Below, piece by piece: positions 52,827-64,000 of a stretch of 64,000 bases of DNA. Made by a program: the position numbers and the translations under genes. The notes below the pieces were generated by a model. The model saw only the letters and a program-made list of their open reading frames with translations, did not search any database and was not told where the DNA came from. Every line of letters begins with the position of its first letter. Positions within the stretch are counted from its first letter, which is position 1. Location of the stretch: assembly GCA_964016885.1 (NCBI GenBank), contig OZ024743.1, forward strand, positions 325,004,001 through 325,068,000. The letters are read 5' to 3'. Source of the DNA: Eledone cirrhosa (lineage: Eukaryota).

Positions 52827-53078
52827 ATAAGTCTCTAGCTGTGTCATTCTCGATAAAAGCACTGGATATGTAGTCCTGAAGATTTCTAATAAGAATGAAA
52901 CGCGTAGATTACTTCCCTTGCTTTTATCGAGAATCTAATTGTAATACGTGACGTATTCTATTCTACAGCGATTAGGTCTTCAAAATGTTTATTATAAACA
53001 TACAGAATATTTTCGAATATTCTATGTCTATATTCACATATATATCGCTATTTCAGAGCATTTATTCCAATTTCTAAT
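52825..53078 (+). repeat. Inverted terminal partial copy (254 bp) of the 310-bp unit
   Basis: Reverse complement of the array sequence with one substitution; 2-nt (ct) overlap at the junction; runs into the (TA)n tract. Confidence 0.95.
52870..52912 (+). ncRNA. Type I hammerhead ribozyme in the inverted terminal copy
   Basis: Read directly on +: gtagtc CTGAAGA tttctaataagaat GAAA cgcg TA gattac. Confidence 0.92.
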
Positions 53079-53701
53079 ATATATTATATATAATATATAT
53101 AATATATATAATATATATATATAATATATATATATATATATAATATATATATAATATATATATATAATATATATTATATATAATATATATATATAATATA
53201 TATATAATATATATTATATATAATATATATATATAATATATAATATATATTATATATATTATATATAATATATATATATATAATATATATATATATAATA
53301 TATATATATATAATATATATATATAATATATATTATATATATATAATATATATATATATAATATATATATATAATATATATTATATATATATAATATATA
53401 TATATAATATATATTATATATATATAATATATATATTATATATATATAATATATATATATAATATATATTATATATATATAATATATAATATATATATAT
53501 ATAATATATATATATAATATATATTATATATATATAATATATATTATATATATATAATATATATTATATATATATAATATATATATATATAATATATATA
53601 TATATTATATATATATAATATATATAATATATATATATAATATATATATATATTATATATATATATATTATATATATATATAATATATATATATATATTA
53701 T

Positions 53702-53743
<42 letters not shown>

Positions 53744-53871
53744 ATAATATATATATATAATATATATATATAATATATAATATATATATATATATAATAT
53801 ATATATATAATATATATATATATTATATATATATATATTATATATATATATAATATATATATATATATTAT

Positions 53872-53913
<42 letters not shown>

Positions 53914-53989
53914 ATAATATATATATATAATATATATATATAATATATAATATATATATATATATAATATATATATATATAATATATAT
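53079..53989. repeat. ~0.9 kb pure A/T (TA)n-derived tract
   Basis: Only A and T, interrupted (TA)n. Confidence 0.95.
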
Positions 53990-54809
53990 AAAGGCAGGTT
54001 GTACGATGCCTGCATACGAACAGCAATGTTGCATGGCAGTGAGACCTGGGCATTGTGTGCAGAGGATATACGCAGACTAGAGAGAAACGAAGCTTGCATG
54101 CTCCGCTGGATGTGTAATAGTAATATACGTGAACGACAAAGCATAAACGAACTAAGGAAAAAATTAGAAATAAGAGGGATCAGATGTTGTTTACTCGAGA
54201 GAAGGCTACGTTGGTATGGTCACGTGATGCGCATGAAGGACGATAGCTGTATAACAAACTGCAGGGCAATAAAGATAGACGGTAGCCACGGAATAGGCAG
54301 ACCCAGAAAAACCTGAGACGAGCTGATAAACTCCGACCTCACACACTTACACCTTACCAAGACAATGTCACTGGACCGAGACCTTTGGCGGTACTCAGTA
54401 ATAGAGAAGACCCGCCTTACCTAAATACAAAGTAAAACCATACAGTCAGTAGGCATCTCTAACAAAATACACCCCCGACCCACCACCCCCACCCCATCCA
54501 CACCGCCCCCCTCCTATGTAAAGTTATGTTGGTGCCACACCATCCAGGCCGAAACAAATGAGATCGTGTAGGTGTCACGACAAAAAAACACACAGTCCAC
54601 GCTGTAATGTGGCTGTGTAGGCAACACGGTAAAAACCTCCCAGACCCACACTGTAAATGTGGTTGGTGTTAGGAAGGGCATCCAACTGTAGAAAACCTGC
54701 CAGACAGTCCTATGCGAGCAAGACAATCACTCTTGCCTCAAGTGGGACTACCCCCGTCCAAACCCATGCAAGCGTGGAACACGGACGTTAAACGATGATG
54801 ATGATGATG

Positions 54810-54811
<2 letters not shown>
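53990..54811 (+). mobile_element. Second, shorter copy of the same RTE LINE
   Basis: Near-identical to 55869-56659; TGG>TGA stop at 54314-54316; (GAT)n tail. Confidence 0.94.
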
Positions 54812-54858
<47 letters not shown>

Positions 54859-54876
54859 TAATATATATATATATAT

Positions 54877-56659
54877 GATATAGAGGCATTAAATTAATTG
54901 ACCAGGTCATGAAGGTCACGGAAAAAGTAATAGCGCAACTAATCAGAGAGAGAATTGATCTAGATGAAATGCAGTTCGGGTTTGTGTCAGGCAAAAGCAC
55001 CACAGACGCTCTTTTCATAGTACGACAACTACAGGAGAAGTACCTAGCTAAAGGTAAACCCCTCTACTTAGCTTTTGTCGACCTGGAGAAAGCCTTCGAC
55101 AGAGTCCCCCGCTCCATTATCTGGTGGGCTCTTAGAAAACTAGGCGTTGACGAATGGCTTGTGAGGGCTATACAAGCCATGTATAAAGAAACAGTCAGCA
55201 AGGTTAGAATTAACAACGAATATAGTGAAGAGTTTAGCGTAAAAGTTGGCGTCCATCAGGGCTCTGTTCTCAGCCCCCTACTATTTATTATTGCCCTTCA
55301 GGCTATAACAGAGGAGTTCAAGACAGGCTGCCCATGGGAACTCCTATACGCAGACGACCTGACACTCATAGCGGAATCAATGGCCGAGCTAGAGAAGAAA
55401 TTCCAAACATGGAAGCACGGCCTAGAGTCAAAAGGACTTAAAATTAACCTGGCTAAGACCAAAGTTCTAGTTTGTAGGAAAGAAAACAAGGCGGCGGTCC
55501 CTTCTGGGAAATGGTCGTGCTCGGTATGTAGGAAAGGCGTAGGTAGAAACTCCATCTTATGTCCTAAATGCAAAGTATGGGTGCATAAAAGATGTAGTGG
55601 GATCACAGGTAAGCTAACTAAGAACATAGACTTTACATGTGGCCGGTGTTCTGGTGCAATAAGTAGCAGCAAGTGCCCACAAAATACTAGCTCTTTCAAT
55701 TGCGCAGAGGGTTCTATAGAAATAGTGGACAGCTTCCGTTACCTGGGCGATAAAATCAGCAGTGGGGGAGGGTGCTCTGAAAGTACTGTAGCTAGAGTCA
55801 GAACTGGTTGGAAAAAGTTCAGAGAGCTTATACCACTATTAGCTGCTAAAGGGTTCTCCCTAAAAATGAAAGGCAGGTTGTACGATGCCTGCATACGAAC
55901 AGCAATGTTGCATGGTAGTGAGACCTGGGCATTGTGTGCAGAGGATATACGCAGACTAGAGAGGAACGAAGCTTGCATGCTCCGCTGGATGTGTAACAGT
56001 AATATACGTGAACGGCAAAGCATAAACGAACTAAGGAAAAAATTAGAGATAAGAGGGATCAGATGTTGTTTACTCGAGAGAAGGCTGCGTTGGTATGGAC
56101 ACGTGATGCGCATGAAAGTCGATAGCTGTATTACAAAGTGCAGGGCAATAAAGATAGACGGTAGCCACGGAATAGGCAGACCTAGAAAAACATGGGATGA
56201 GCTGATAAACTCCGACCTCACACACTTACACCTCTCCAAGACAATGTCACTGGACCGTGACCTTTGGCGGTACTCAGTAACAGAGAAGACCCGCCTTGCC
56301 AGTAGGCATCTCTAACAAAATACACCCCGTCCCGCCACCACCCCCACCCCATCCACACCACCCCGTTCTATGTAAAGTTATGTTGGTGCCGCGCCATCCA
56401 GGCCGAAACAAATGAGATCGTGTAGGTGTCACGACAAAAAAACACACAGTCCACGCTGTAATGTGGCCGTGTAGGCAACACGGTAAAAACCTCCCAGACC
56501 CACACTGTAAATGTGGTTGGTGTTAGGAAGGGCATCCAACTGTAGAAAACCTGCCAGACAGTCCTATGCGAGCAAGACAATCACTCTTGCCTCAAGTGGG
56601 ACTACCCCCGTCCAAACCCATGCAAGCGTGGAACACGGACGTTAAACGTTGATGATGAT
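54877..56659 (+). mobile_element. RTE-clade LINE, 5'-truncated, uninterrupted RT ORF (54909-56315) and (GAT)n tail
   Basis: YRGIKLIDQVMK, QFGF, FVDLEKAFDRVP, GVHQGSVLSPLLF, YADDL, RRLRWYGHV, GRPRKTW; ends in gatgatgat. Confidence 0.96.
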
Positions 56660-57800
56660 ATATAGATTGCGAGTAACCAGTTTAGACTAGTAAGACCATT
56701 GTTCAGCTTAGTACTCAATATTTAAGAAAGTACAGTGTAGGTATTATATGTTGTTTGGTATTGACTGTTGCTGTGATTTTTGTATTTTGGTTTGTAGCCT
56801 CTGCAACTCAAACTGTTAAGTGTTGGTTTGGTTGTGTAAACACACAAATACACACAATCTCTGTTAAAAATCAGTGCAAATAAATAGCAAACCAATGTTT
56901 GTTTGTTTTTGTTTTTTCCCTCTTATCATTACTAACTTAATGACCTCAGCACTCCACATTCAGACCAACGCCACTTAGTACCTTGTTGACAATCAACTAA
57001 TGACCTCCACCTTTGATATATTATATAACAGTGTGAGAAAATCAGCTTGAAGTAAATCTTTGGTTTAGGTTGTTCTGTTTTTCTCACCAACAACAAAAGT
57101 CTTGCTGCGACTTTGTTTACTTCTCATTGAGGTTGAAGTATTGTTGGTACAACCAAGTTGATTAGTGGTGCTGATGGTGTTCATAGCTTTCACTGGTTGG
57201 AGTGGTGTTCATTGTATTTTTTGATTGTTTAGTTTTTATTGATTTATTTTTATTATTTTTATTTTATTTTGCATTCACAATGTCCAACAATGAGGTCAGT
57301 CTAGTACAAATATATTAGAAATGTCTAAGTGTGTGTGTGGTTGAGATAAGTGCATGCATGCCTGTGTAGTTAAGGTAAGGAGTTCATTTCACAACCATGT
57401 GGTTCTGGGTTAAGTCCTACTGTATTGCACCTTGAGCAAGTATCTTCTACTCTAGCCTCAGCTTGACCATTGCCTGGTGAGTGGAAACTGCAGGATTTGA
57501 TATAGATGTTTGCATCTGTGTGCTGGTGTGTGTATGTGCATCTGTGTGTCTGTGTCCATGTTTCTGTTTTATGACCCATAACTTAACAGTCCAACAAAAA
57601 GCACTTTATTTCATTTTATTTCACATTGCTCCTGTCTACTCAACTGGCAAAAATGAGTTGTACCTGTAATTCACAGGGGAAAGCTGTGCTATACACAGTG
57701 TTATGCTGAATCTTCCTAAGAACCATGTTAAGAATACATGTGTCTGCAGACTGCTCAGTCACTACATAGCAAAATTCTATATTTATGTCTTTGTTTAAGC

Positions 57801-57945
57801 CAGAGTTTCCCAAACCTTTTCAAACGTGGAACCCTTTTTGGTTCAGAAACTTTTGGAGGAACCCCAAAGTCTAAGACTGTTATATGGTCATAATATAAAT
57901 ATACTCCTCTACCTTTTTCCACGGAACCCACTTTGGGAACCACTG
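57801..57945. mobile_element. hAT (Charlie-like) MITE
   Basis: TIRs CAGAGTTTCCCAAA / TTTGGGAACCACTG; 8-bp TSD gtttaagc / gtctaagc. Confidence 0.82.
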
Positions 57946-59380
57946 GTCTAAGCCATTCCATCCTGGACAACTGTAATACTTACAGTGATGGTGATGATAA
58001 TGGTCTTAATGATGGTGGTAATAATGATGATGGTGGTGGTGTTGGTGGTGATGATAATGATGATGGTAATTGTGAAAGGTGTTGGTAATGAAACTTTGTT
58101 GATGACATTGAATAATAATAATCTTTTAGGAATTTAAATAAAGAATCTAAAATAAGGGTTTTTAATTTAGGCATGAATTGGCAGTCATTAGAATGTCAGA
58201 TAAAATGCTTTGCATTATTCATTCCGGATCTCTGAGTTCAAATCCCGCCAAAGTCAAGTTTAACTTTCATCCATTTAAGGTTGATAAAAAAAAATGCCAG
58301 TCTGTATCTCTTTCTCGCTTCCTCTCTCTCTCACTTCCTCTCTCTCTCACTTTCTATCTTTCTCTGGAAGAAATCTGCTATGTTCAGACTTGGAGAGGGA
58401 TGGGCTCCATTAGGCTTAAAATTCCCAAGAAACACTATGCCACTATGGTGCCCCTACGATTCCATCAGGAGTTACAGGATTTGAAAAAAAAAAGAAATTA
58501 GACACATGACCAGCAATATTTTAGTGGGGAGCAATACATTTATTACATTGACTCCCAGTGTTTCACTGGTACTTTATTTTATTGATCCCTTGGAAGGATG
58601 AAAAGCAAAGTTGACTTAAGCAAGATTTGAATATAAAGATAAAGTGAAAATTATATGGTGCGTGTGTTTCTTTCTATTGGCAATATTGGCAACATGAACA
58701 TAGATGTTTGTCAAGGGTGGAAGATATGACATGTCTGTTAAGGTATGACATAGATATTTGTAAGGGTAGAAGCTATGACAGAAATGTTTGTAAGAGTGGA
58801 AGGTATGACAAATGTCTGTAAGGGTTCTAAAGAACTTCCATTTGTTGACCTTTACGTAAAATGATGCTATTTGTAAATGACCCGTTTATAGAGTTGACCT
58901 GGCATAAAGTAATGTTTTCTTTTTATGAATAAATTATAAAAAATTTGGTGACTTCAGGCTTTCTCAAACAACTCATTTACTATATTGTTATCCAATTTAT
59001 ACTACTATTACCGTTGCCACACCACCTCCATTGTCCTTTCTACTAAGAAAACAACTAACATGCATGAACACTGCATAGCAGCTGTCTGCTCCAGACTATT
59101 ACATAACAATATAATTACATATCTAACCAGCTAGACACAGGCACACACCCTAGAACAGGATTTATCAAACTGCAAGCCCCACCCATTAGTAGGGTGTAAA
59201 TTAAATAAAATGGGTCATGAAAAGTCTACAAACATTCTCCAACAATGTGTAACAATATAAAATACAGCTTTTGCTGTGGGTTACAGTAAAATGGTTTGAA
59301 GAACACTGCCCCAAAACGCACTATAACTATATGGCTTACAGCTTTCTTTGATTCAAACAGATATATATATATATATATAT

Positions 59381-59586
59381 AACGAAGGAAATGTGGTAAG
59401 GAACCAGATGGACCATAACGCACCAAAGTACTCAATACTTAGGGTAGTAGAGTGGGTAATAGGAATGAGTAGGACCCCGACGGCTGAGCTCAAGCCGTTT
59501 CGACGGCTAATTCTGGACTAAAATGGTTTTAGTCCAGAATTAGCCGTCGAAACGGCTTGAGCTCAGCCGTCGGGGTCCTACTCGTT

Positions 59587-59591
<5 letters not shown>
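59381..59591. mobile_element. Short fold-back element with two half-hammerheads (family also at 43398-43570 and 61985-62184)
   Basis: Arms 59459-59523 and 59527-59591 contain GAAA cggc-ttgagctca-gccg TC ggggtc; one-sided ~80-bp tail; (TA)n on both flanks. Confidence 0.85.
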
Positions 59592-59622
<31 letters not shown>

Positions 59623-59663
59623 CGAAACATAAGTCAATTGCATGAACTCATAATTCTTTATTT

Positions 59664-59719
59664 ACTGCTATATATATTTCGATGATAGCCATTGAATGGC
59701 TATGACCTCACCAGGCAGT
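59664..59719 (-). ncRNA. Type I hammerhead (A6>G), same family as 26525-26579
   Basis: rc: actgc CTGGTGA ggtc-atagccat-tca-atggctat-catc GAAA tatata TA gcagt; stem II shows a compensatory change relative to the 26525 copy. Confidence 0.75.
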
Positions 59720-59777
59720 TAGTCAGTCCTTAGATATGCCAGCTCTGTGTTTATGGTGTTGATGGTATCAGAGCCTT

Positions 59778-59811
<34 letters not shown>

Positions 59812-61359
59812 TAACTATAGAATTATTTGATTCAAGAAAAGAAGCCAATACTAAAATTGAACCAAGAAAACAATGTTTCAATTGGTTTTTCCATTGTTGA
59901 TATTATCTGTTAACAACAACTGCTGGCAAAAGAAAGGAACTGGTCATGGGATTGGACCAAGGAAACAATGTTTCCATTGGTCTTTCATTTATTGATACTA
60001 TCTGTTAATCGCAACTGCTGGCAAAATAAAGTACCAGTAATGCACACACTGGGGGCGATTTGATTCCCCCCCCCCCCCCCCCCCAAAAAAAAAATGTTCG
60101 CTTTGCACCTAAATCAGAGACCATTATTCAATGATACTGGATTGGCAGTATTGGTAGATCGTCAGACATCATGCTTTGCAGCATCGAGTTACACCCTTTT
60201 ACATTCTGAGTTCAAATCATGCCAAGGCTAGATTTGCCTTTAATCCTTACAAGGTCGACAAAATAAAGTACCAGTAACACACTGGGGTCGATATTATCGA
60301 CTTCCCCTCCCCAAAAATTGCTGTCCTTGTTCCTATAGTAGAAATCATTATTATTATCATAATTTTTAATCCCAGATGAACTTAACTGATCAGGTTGTCA
60401 TAACTATATAGCCCTGGCTAAAACTTTCAACCCTCCCTCCTCCTAAACAAAGCAAAGGTCACTTGGAAATAACAATCAATAATCCTTGACCTGGAACTTC
60501 TCTGGAAAGGTTGTGCAACACTTCATATGTCAACCTGAACACCAACATGTTTATTAACCAAAAATATTTATTATCCTATGCCACCACGGAAAACTGCTTG
60601 TAAAGTGATAATTAATTTTAAAAAAAATTGAAATTTCACTGTTACTTTGTTGTTGCTATTGTAGTTGTTATGTGAATGGTGCATGGCTCAGTGATTAGAG
60701 CAAGTTCTTAAATACTACTTTTCTATGGCCCACAACAACAATTTTCATGACTAATATTTTCATAACTCAGTAATTTGTCCATGTTTTATGAAAATTGATC
60801 ATATTACAATTTATTGTAATTTACCCATGGAATACAATAAAATGGAAAACAACTTAATTTATCAAATGCGAAAACAGAAAAAAGGGGATTTACTAAAATT
60901 TGCCAAAATAGAATTATGGAAAATTTTAAATGGAAAATTTGTTCCCCTACATTTTATACTAATTTCCATATCCCACATACTAATATATGCATATTTCTTT
61001 TAAGGTAAAAAAAAAAATAGCCACCTATAACTGGTGGAAATCACTCTGCCTTCCCTCATCATACTTTTGGCCCACTGGGCCTCTTTCCTAGGACATAATG
61101 GCCCTTTTGAGTCCTGTGAGTGGCTGTGAGTTTGATTGATGGTAACGTGTTGTGTCCTCCTTGCATAAGACACTTTATGTCCTCCTTGCATAAGTCCACT
61201 CTGTTGGAAAAAAATGTGTTGTACCTGTAATTGAAAGGGCCAGCCTTGTCACTCACTGTCCTGCTGAATCTCACTGAGAATTATGTTTAGTGTATACATG
61301 TCTAGAATGTTCAGCCACTCCATGCTAATTTCATAAGTAGGCTGTTCTGTTGATCAACA

Positions 61360-61598
61360 TTGTTGTTATTGTAGTTGTTGTTGCTATTGTAGTTGTTGTT
61401 GATGGTATTGTAGTTGTTGTCATTGTAGTTATAGTTTTTGTTGCTATTGTTGTTGTTATTGTAGTTGTTGTTGATGGTATTGTAGTTGTTGTCATTGTAG
61501 TTATAGTTTTTGTTGCTATTGTTGTTGTTATTGTAGTTGTTGTTGATGGTATTGTAGTTATAGTTTTTGTTGTTGCATTGTAGTTGTTGCTATTGTTG
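61360..61598. repeat. Degenerate (GTT)n tract with a higher-order duplication
   Basis: Trinucleotide-based repeat; the block gttgttgttgatggtattgtagtt occurs three times. Confidence 0.85.
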
Positions 61599-61984
61599 CA
61601 CAGGGAAGGTTATGATAATCTCTCCATGTAACTGTAAAGTACAATTATACAGTCCCCTGCAATATGTAAAGGTCAAATAAATGGTATTTATGTTGGTGGT
61701 GGTGTTGGCGGTGGTGGTGGTTTCTTATTGGGCTATCTTGAGAATGGAAAGTTGAAACATTTCCCACAGCAATGTTAAAAAACTTGTGATTTTGTTTTGT
61801 TGACATTGAGGTAGTCATTGTAAAACACAGTGTCTGTCTGTCTGTCTGTCTTTGTGTGAGCACATAACACTACACAGATTTGCATATATCACGCTACAAC
61901 TTTATGTATGTGTATATATATGTATGGATACAATACGGATTCTTTGTTCCCATTTATTATTGTGTGATATATATATATATATAT

Positions 61985-62184
61985 AACAAAGGAATTGTGG
62001 TAAGGAACCAGATGCACCCTAATGCACCAGAGTACTCAATACTTAGGGTAGTAGAGTGGGAAATAGGAAAAAGTATGACCCCGATGGCAGAGCTCAAGCC
62101 ATTTCGACGGCTATTTCTGGACTAGTCCAGAAATAGCCGTCGAAACGGCTTGAGCTCTGCCGTCGGGGTCATACTTTTTCCTAT
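61985..62184. mobile_element. Short fold-back element, same family as 59381-59591
   Basis: Centre ctggact|agtccag at 62123/62124; same tail sequence; (TA)n flanks. Confidence 0.85.
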
Positions 62185-62623
62185 ATATATACCCATGTTA
62201 GTGTGAAAAAATGGACATAAAATGGTGATGATGATATATACACACACTGTTGTCTTGTGTAAAAAAGGTTTGAATTGTACAACATAGATCACCAAACTAC
62301 ATGTCTACAAGAACTTACTTGAACACTCCTACAACAAATATATTTCTCTCTCACACACTAACTTTATCTGACCTTGCTCACCCGGCAGGTTGACATCCCA
62401 ATTCTTCACACCTCTTACCTGGTTTCACACTCTCCAGCTTCTATTTTTTTTCTCAGGCTCTTACATTAATATATCTTTACTACAGTTACCTCCCACCACA
62501 CACACACACACACACAGTCACACCCTCCCTCATTCTTTGACTGATTATATGTATACACACATATATACACACACATAGCAAAAATAACACAAAGGGAAAA
62601 TTATATAAGACATGGAATATATA

Positions 62624-62725
62624 CAGGATGTCCCCCCAAAAATGTATACACACTTCAACAGCATTCTAATAAATATTTGTTGAACAGGTAATCAAAGTGT
62701 GTATATATATTTTGGGGACACCCTG
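62624..62725. mobile_element. Tc1/mariner-type MITE
   Basis: TA|CAGGATGTCCCC..AAAATGTATACACACTT and AAGTGTGTATAT..TTTTGGGGACACCCTG|TA. Confidence 0.78.
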
Positions 62726-63612
62726 TATATATATATATCAGTCAACTTGTATTATATAATTGCAATACGTGTCTAAACCTGTAAATATTAACACCAGTAA
62801 TACTTTTCATACTACATAACATAATCTTAACATTCTTCTGTATTGCATGACCAGTGGTTCAAAAGAGGTCAGATCACTGACCCTTTGTCACAAGAAGTCC
62901 AGTTATCTGAAACGCATTCCTAATGTCTCCTACGACCCTTATGATTATTAAAGAGTTATTCTCCGGTCCCAAATAATAGTGGGGTGGGGGAAAATCAGTA
63001 ATTTTTCTAGGTTGTCTATGTTGATTTAAAAAAAACAAAACAGAATTAGTCGTTTAGTTTACATATTGAGACCCCAACCCATCCTATTTATTTTATAACG
63101 TTTCTAGTAATGTACATTTTTTGTGAAGTATATTGATTTTTAATGTCTAAAGATCACTGGAATGTTACCACTTAAAATAAAATTTTTCCTGAGATAGATT
63201 AGCAAAATTTAATAAATGTGTGTGTGGAGCATCTGAAAAATTAATAAGCAGGGGTGGGCGATGATTATTTGAGTCCCAAGAGTAGACACTAGAGGTGTGG
63301 GTAGGGCTGAACAGAAGTACTTTATCTCTATATAATTGTTGTTAGAAGTTCTTGGGAGTAATCTTTATTTCTGAGTCATGTGGGTTTTCTTCATCCATTT
63401 CATATTAAGCAACCCAGTTGGTACTGGTGAGCTTGTGTTTCACGCTGCTTAACCTAATTCCTTTGTAGATTTATGACAGAGCTAGCTTTTTTGAGGGGGT
63501 TTTATAGTAATATCCATATTTCACTTTTTCATTTTTTTTAGATTTCTGACAGAGCTGAGGTTTTTTTGTTTTTTTTTATATATTTATTTCACTTTTTTTT
63601 TTATTTTTGCAG

Positions 63613-63911
63613 ACAAATCCAATTCATCAAGTGTGGCAACGGAAGATTCCTTCCTGAATGACAGTGACAATGCCGACAGCAATGCTAATGGCAATGACTC
63701 GGCAGTTTTTGACAACCAAGAAAATCTGGAAGTGAATGCCAACTATTCCAAAGTGCTGAATTTCTTGGAACTTTACTGCTCCCTGAAGGAATGCCCACCT
63801 GAACTGCGACAACAGGTTAATGAACTGCAGACTCTCAGCACTGAGGTCTCACAGTCAATTGCCAATCTCAAAGAGAAATCTGATACATTGTCACCATTTC
63901 AAGAAAATTAG
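63613..63911 (+). CDS. C19orf25: UPF0449 family (C19orf25-like) protein, last coding exon
   Basis: Long polypyrimidine tract plus tgcag acceptor, phase-compatible with exon 21859-22003 (G+AC = Asp). Acidic linker followed by the coiled-coil-like YSKVLNFLEL...ELRQQVNELQTLSTEVSQSIANLK. Joined ORF is 147 aa. Confidence 0.8.
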
Positions 63912-63974
63912 AATAGAAGAAGAGTGTGAGAGAGAACATGTGTGAATATATGAGAGAGAGAAATAATGAAATGA

Positions 63975-64000
63975 AATAAAGACAAGTATTTAAAAATAAA
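63975..64000 (+). promoter_or_regulatory. Candidate polyadenylation signals (AATAAA at 63975 and 63995)
   Basis: Two AATAAA hexamers shortly after the stop codon; the AT-rich background lowers specificity. Confidence 0.4.

Noticed and set aside
55298-56239. Antisense ORFs of 133 and 166 aa
   Set aside because: Shadow frames of the RTE RT coding sequence.
61350-61583. Val/Ile-rich hydrophobic ORF
   Set aside because: Translation of a degenerate (GTT)n repeat.

Overview
AT-rich, repeat-dense eukaryotic DNA. The SINE/LINE repertoire and long (TA)n tracts suggest an octopus or other cephalopod (inference). Two spliced genes lie on the + strand: the last six coding exons of Elongator subunit ELP1 (1-10979), and a two-coding-exon UPF0449/C19orf25-like gene (21859-63911) split by a ~41.6 kb intron. 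The rest is CR1-, RTE- and CRE-type LINE fragments, tRNA-derived SINEs, an internally deleted Helitron, MITEs, and mini- and microsatellites. The main signal is hammerhead ribozymes (HHRs). A nearly homogeneous 310-bp tandem array (46080-52826, 21 full units plus a partial one) carries a complete type I hammerhead in every unit on the - strand. It ends in a 254-bp inverted copy and sits between two ~1 kb (TA)n tracts, the layout expected for a retrozyme-like circular-RNA element copied by a Penelope-like (PLE) reverse transcriptase. About 17 further complete or degenerate hammerheads, plus several half-hammerheads, lie mostly in (TA)n-flanked fold-back palindromes of unrelated sequence. Several have the compensatory U3-A8 core, and one sits inside the Helitron. 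A PLE GIY-YIG endonuclease remnant is also present. All alignments, folds and counts were done by eye; no activity or expression is demonstrated.
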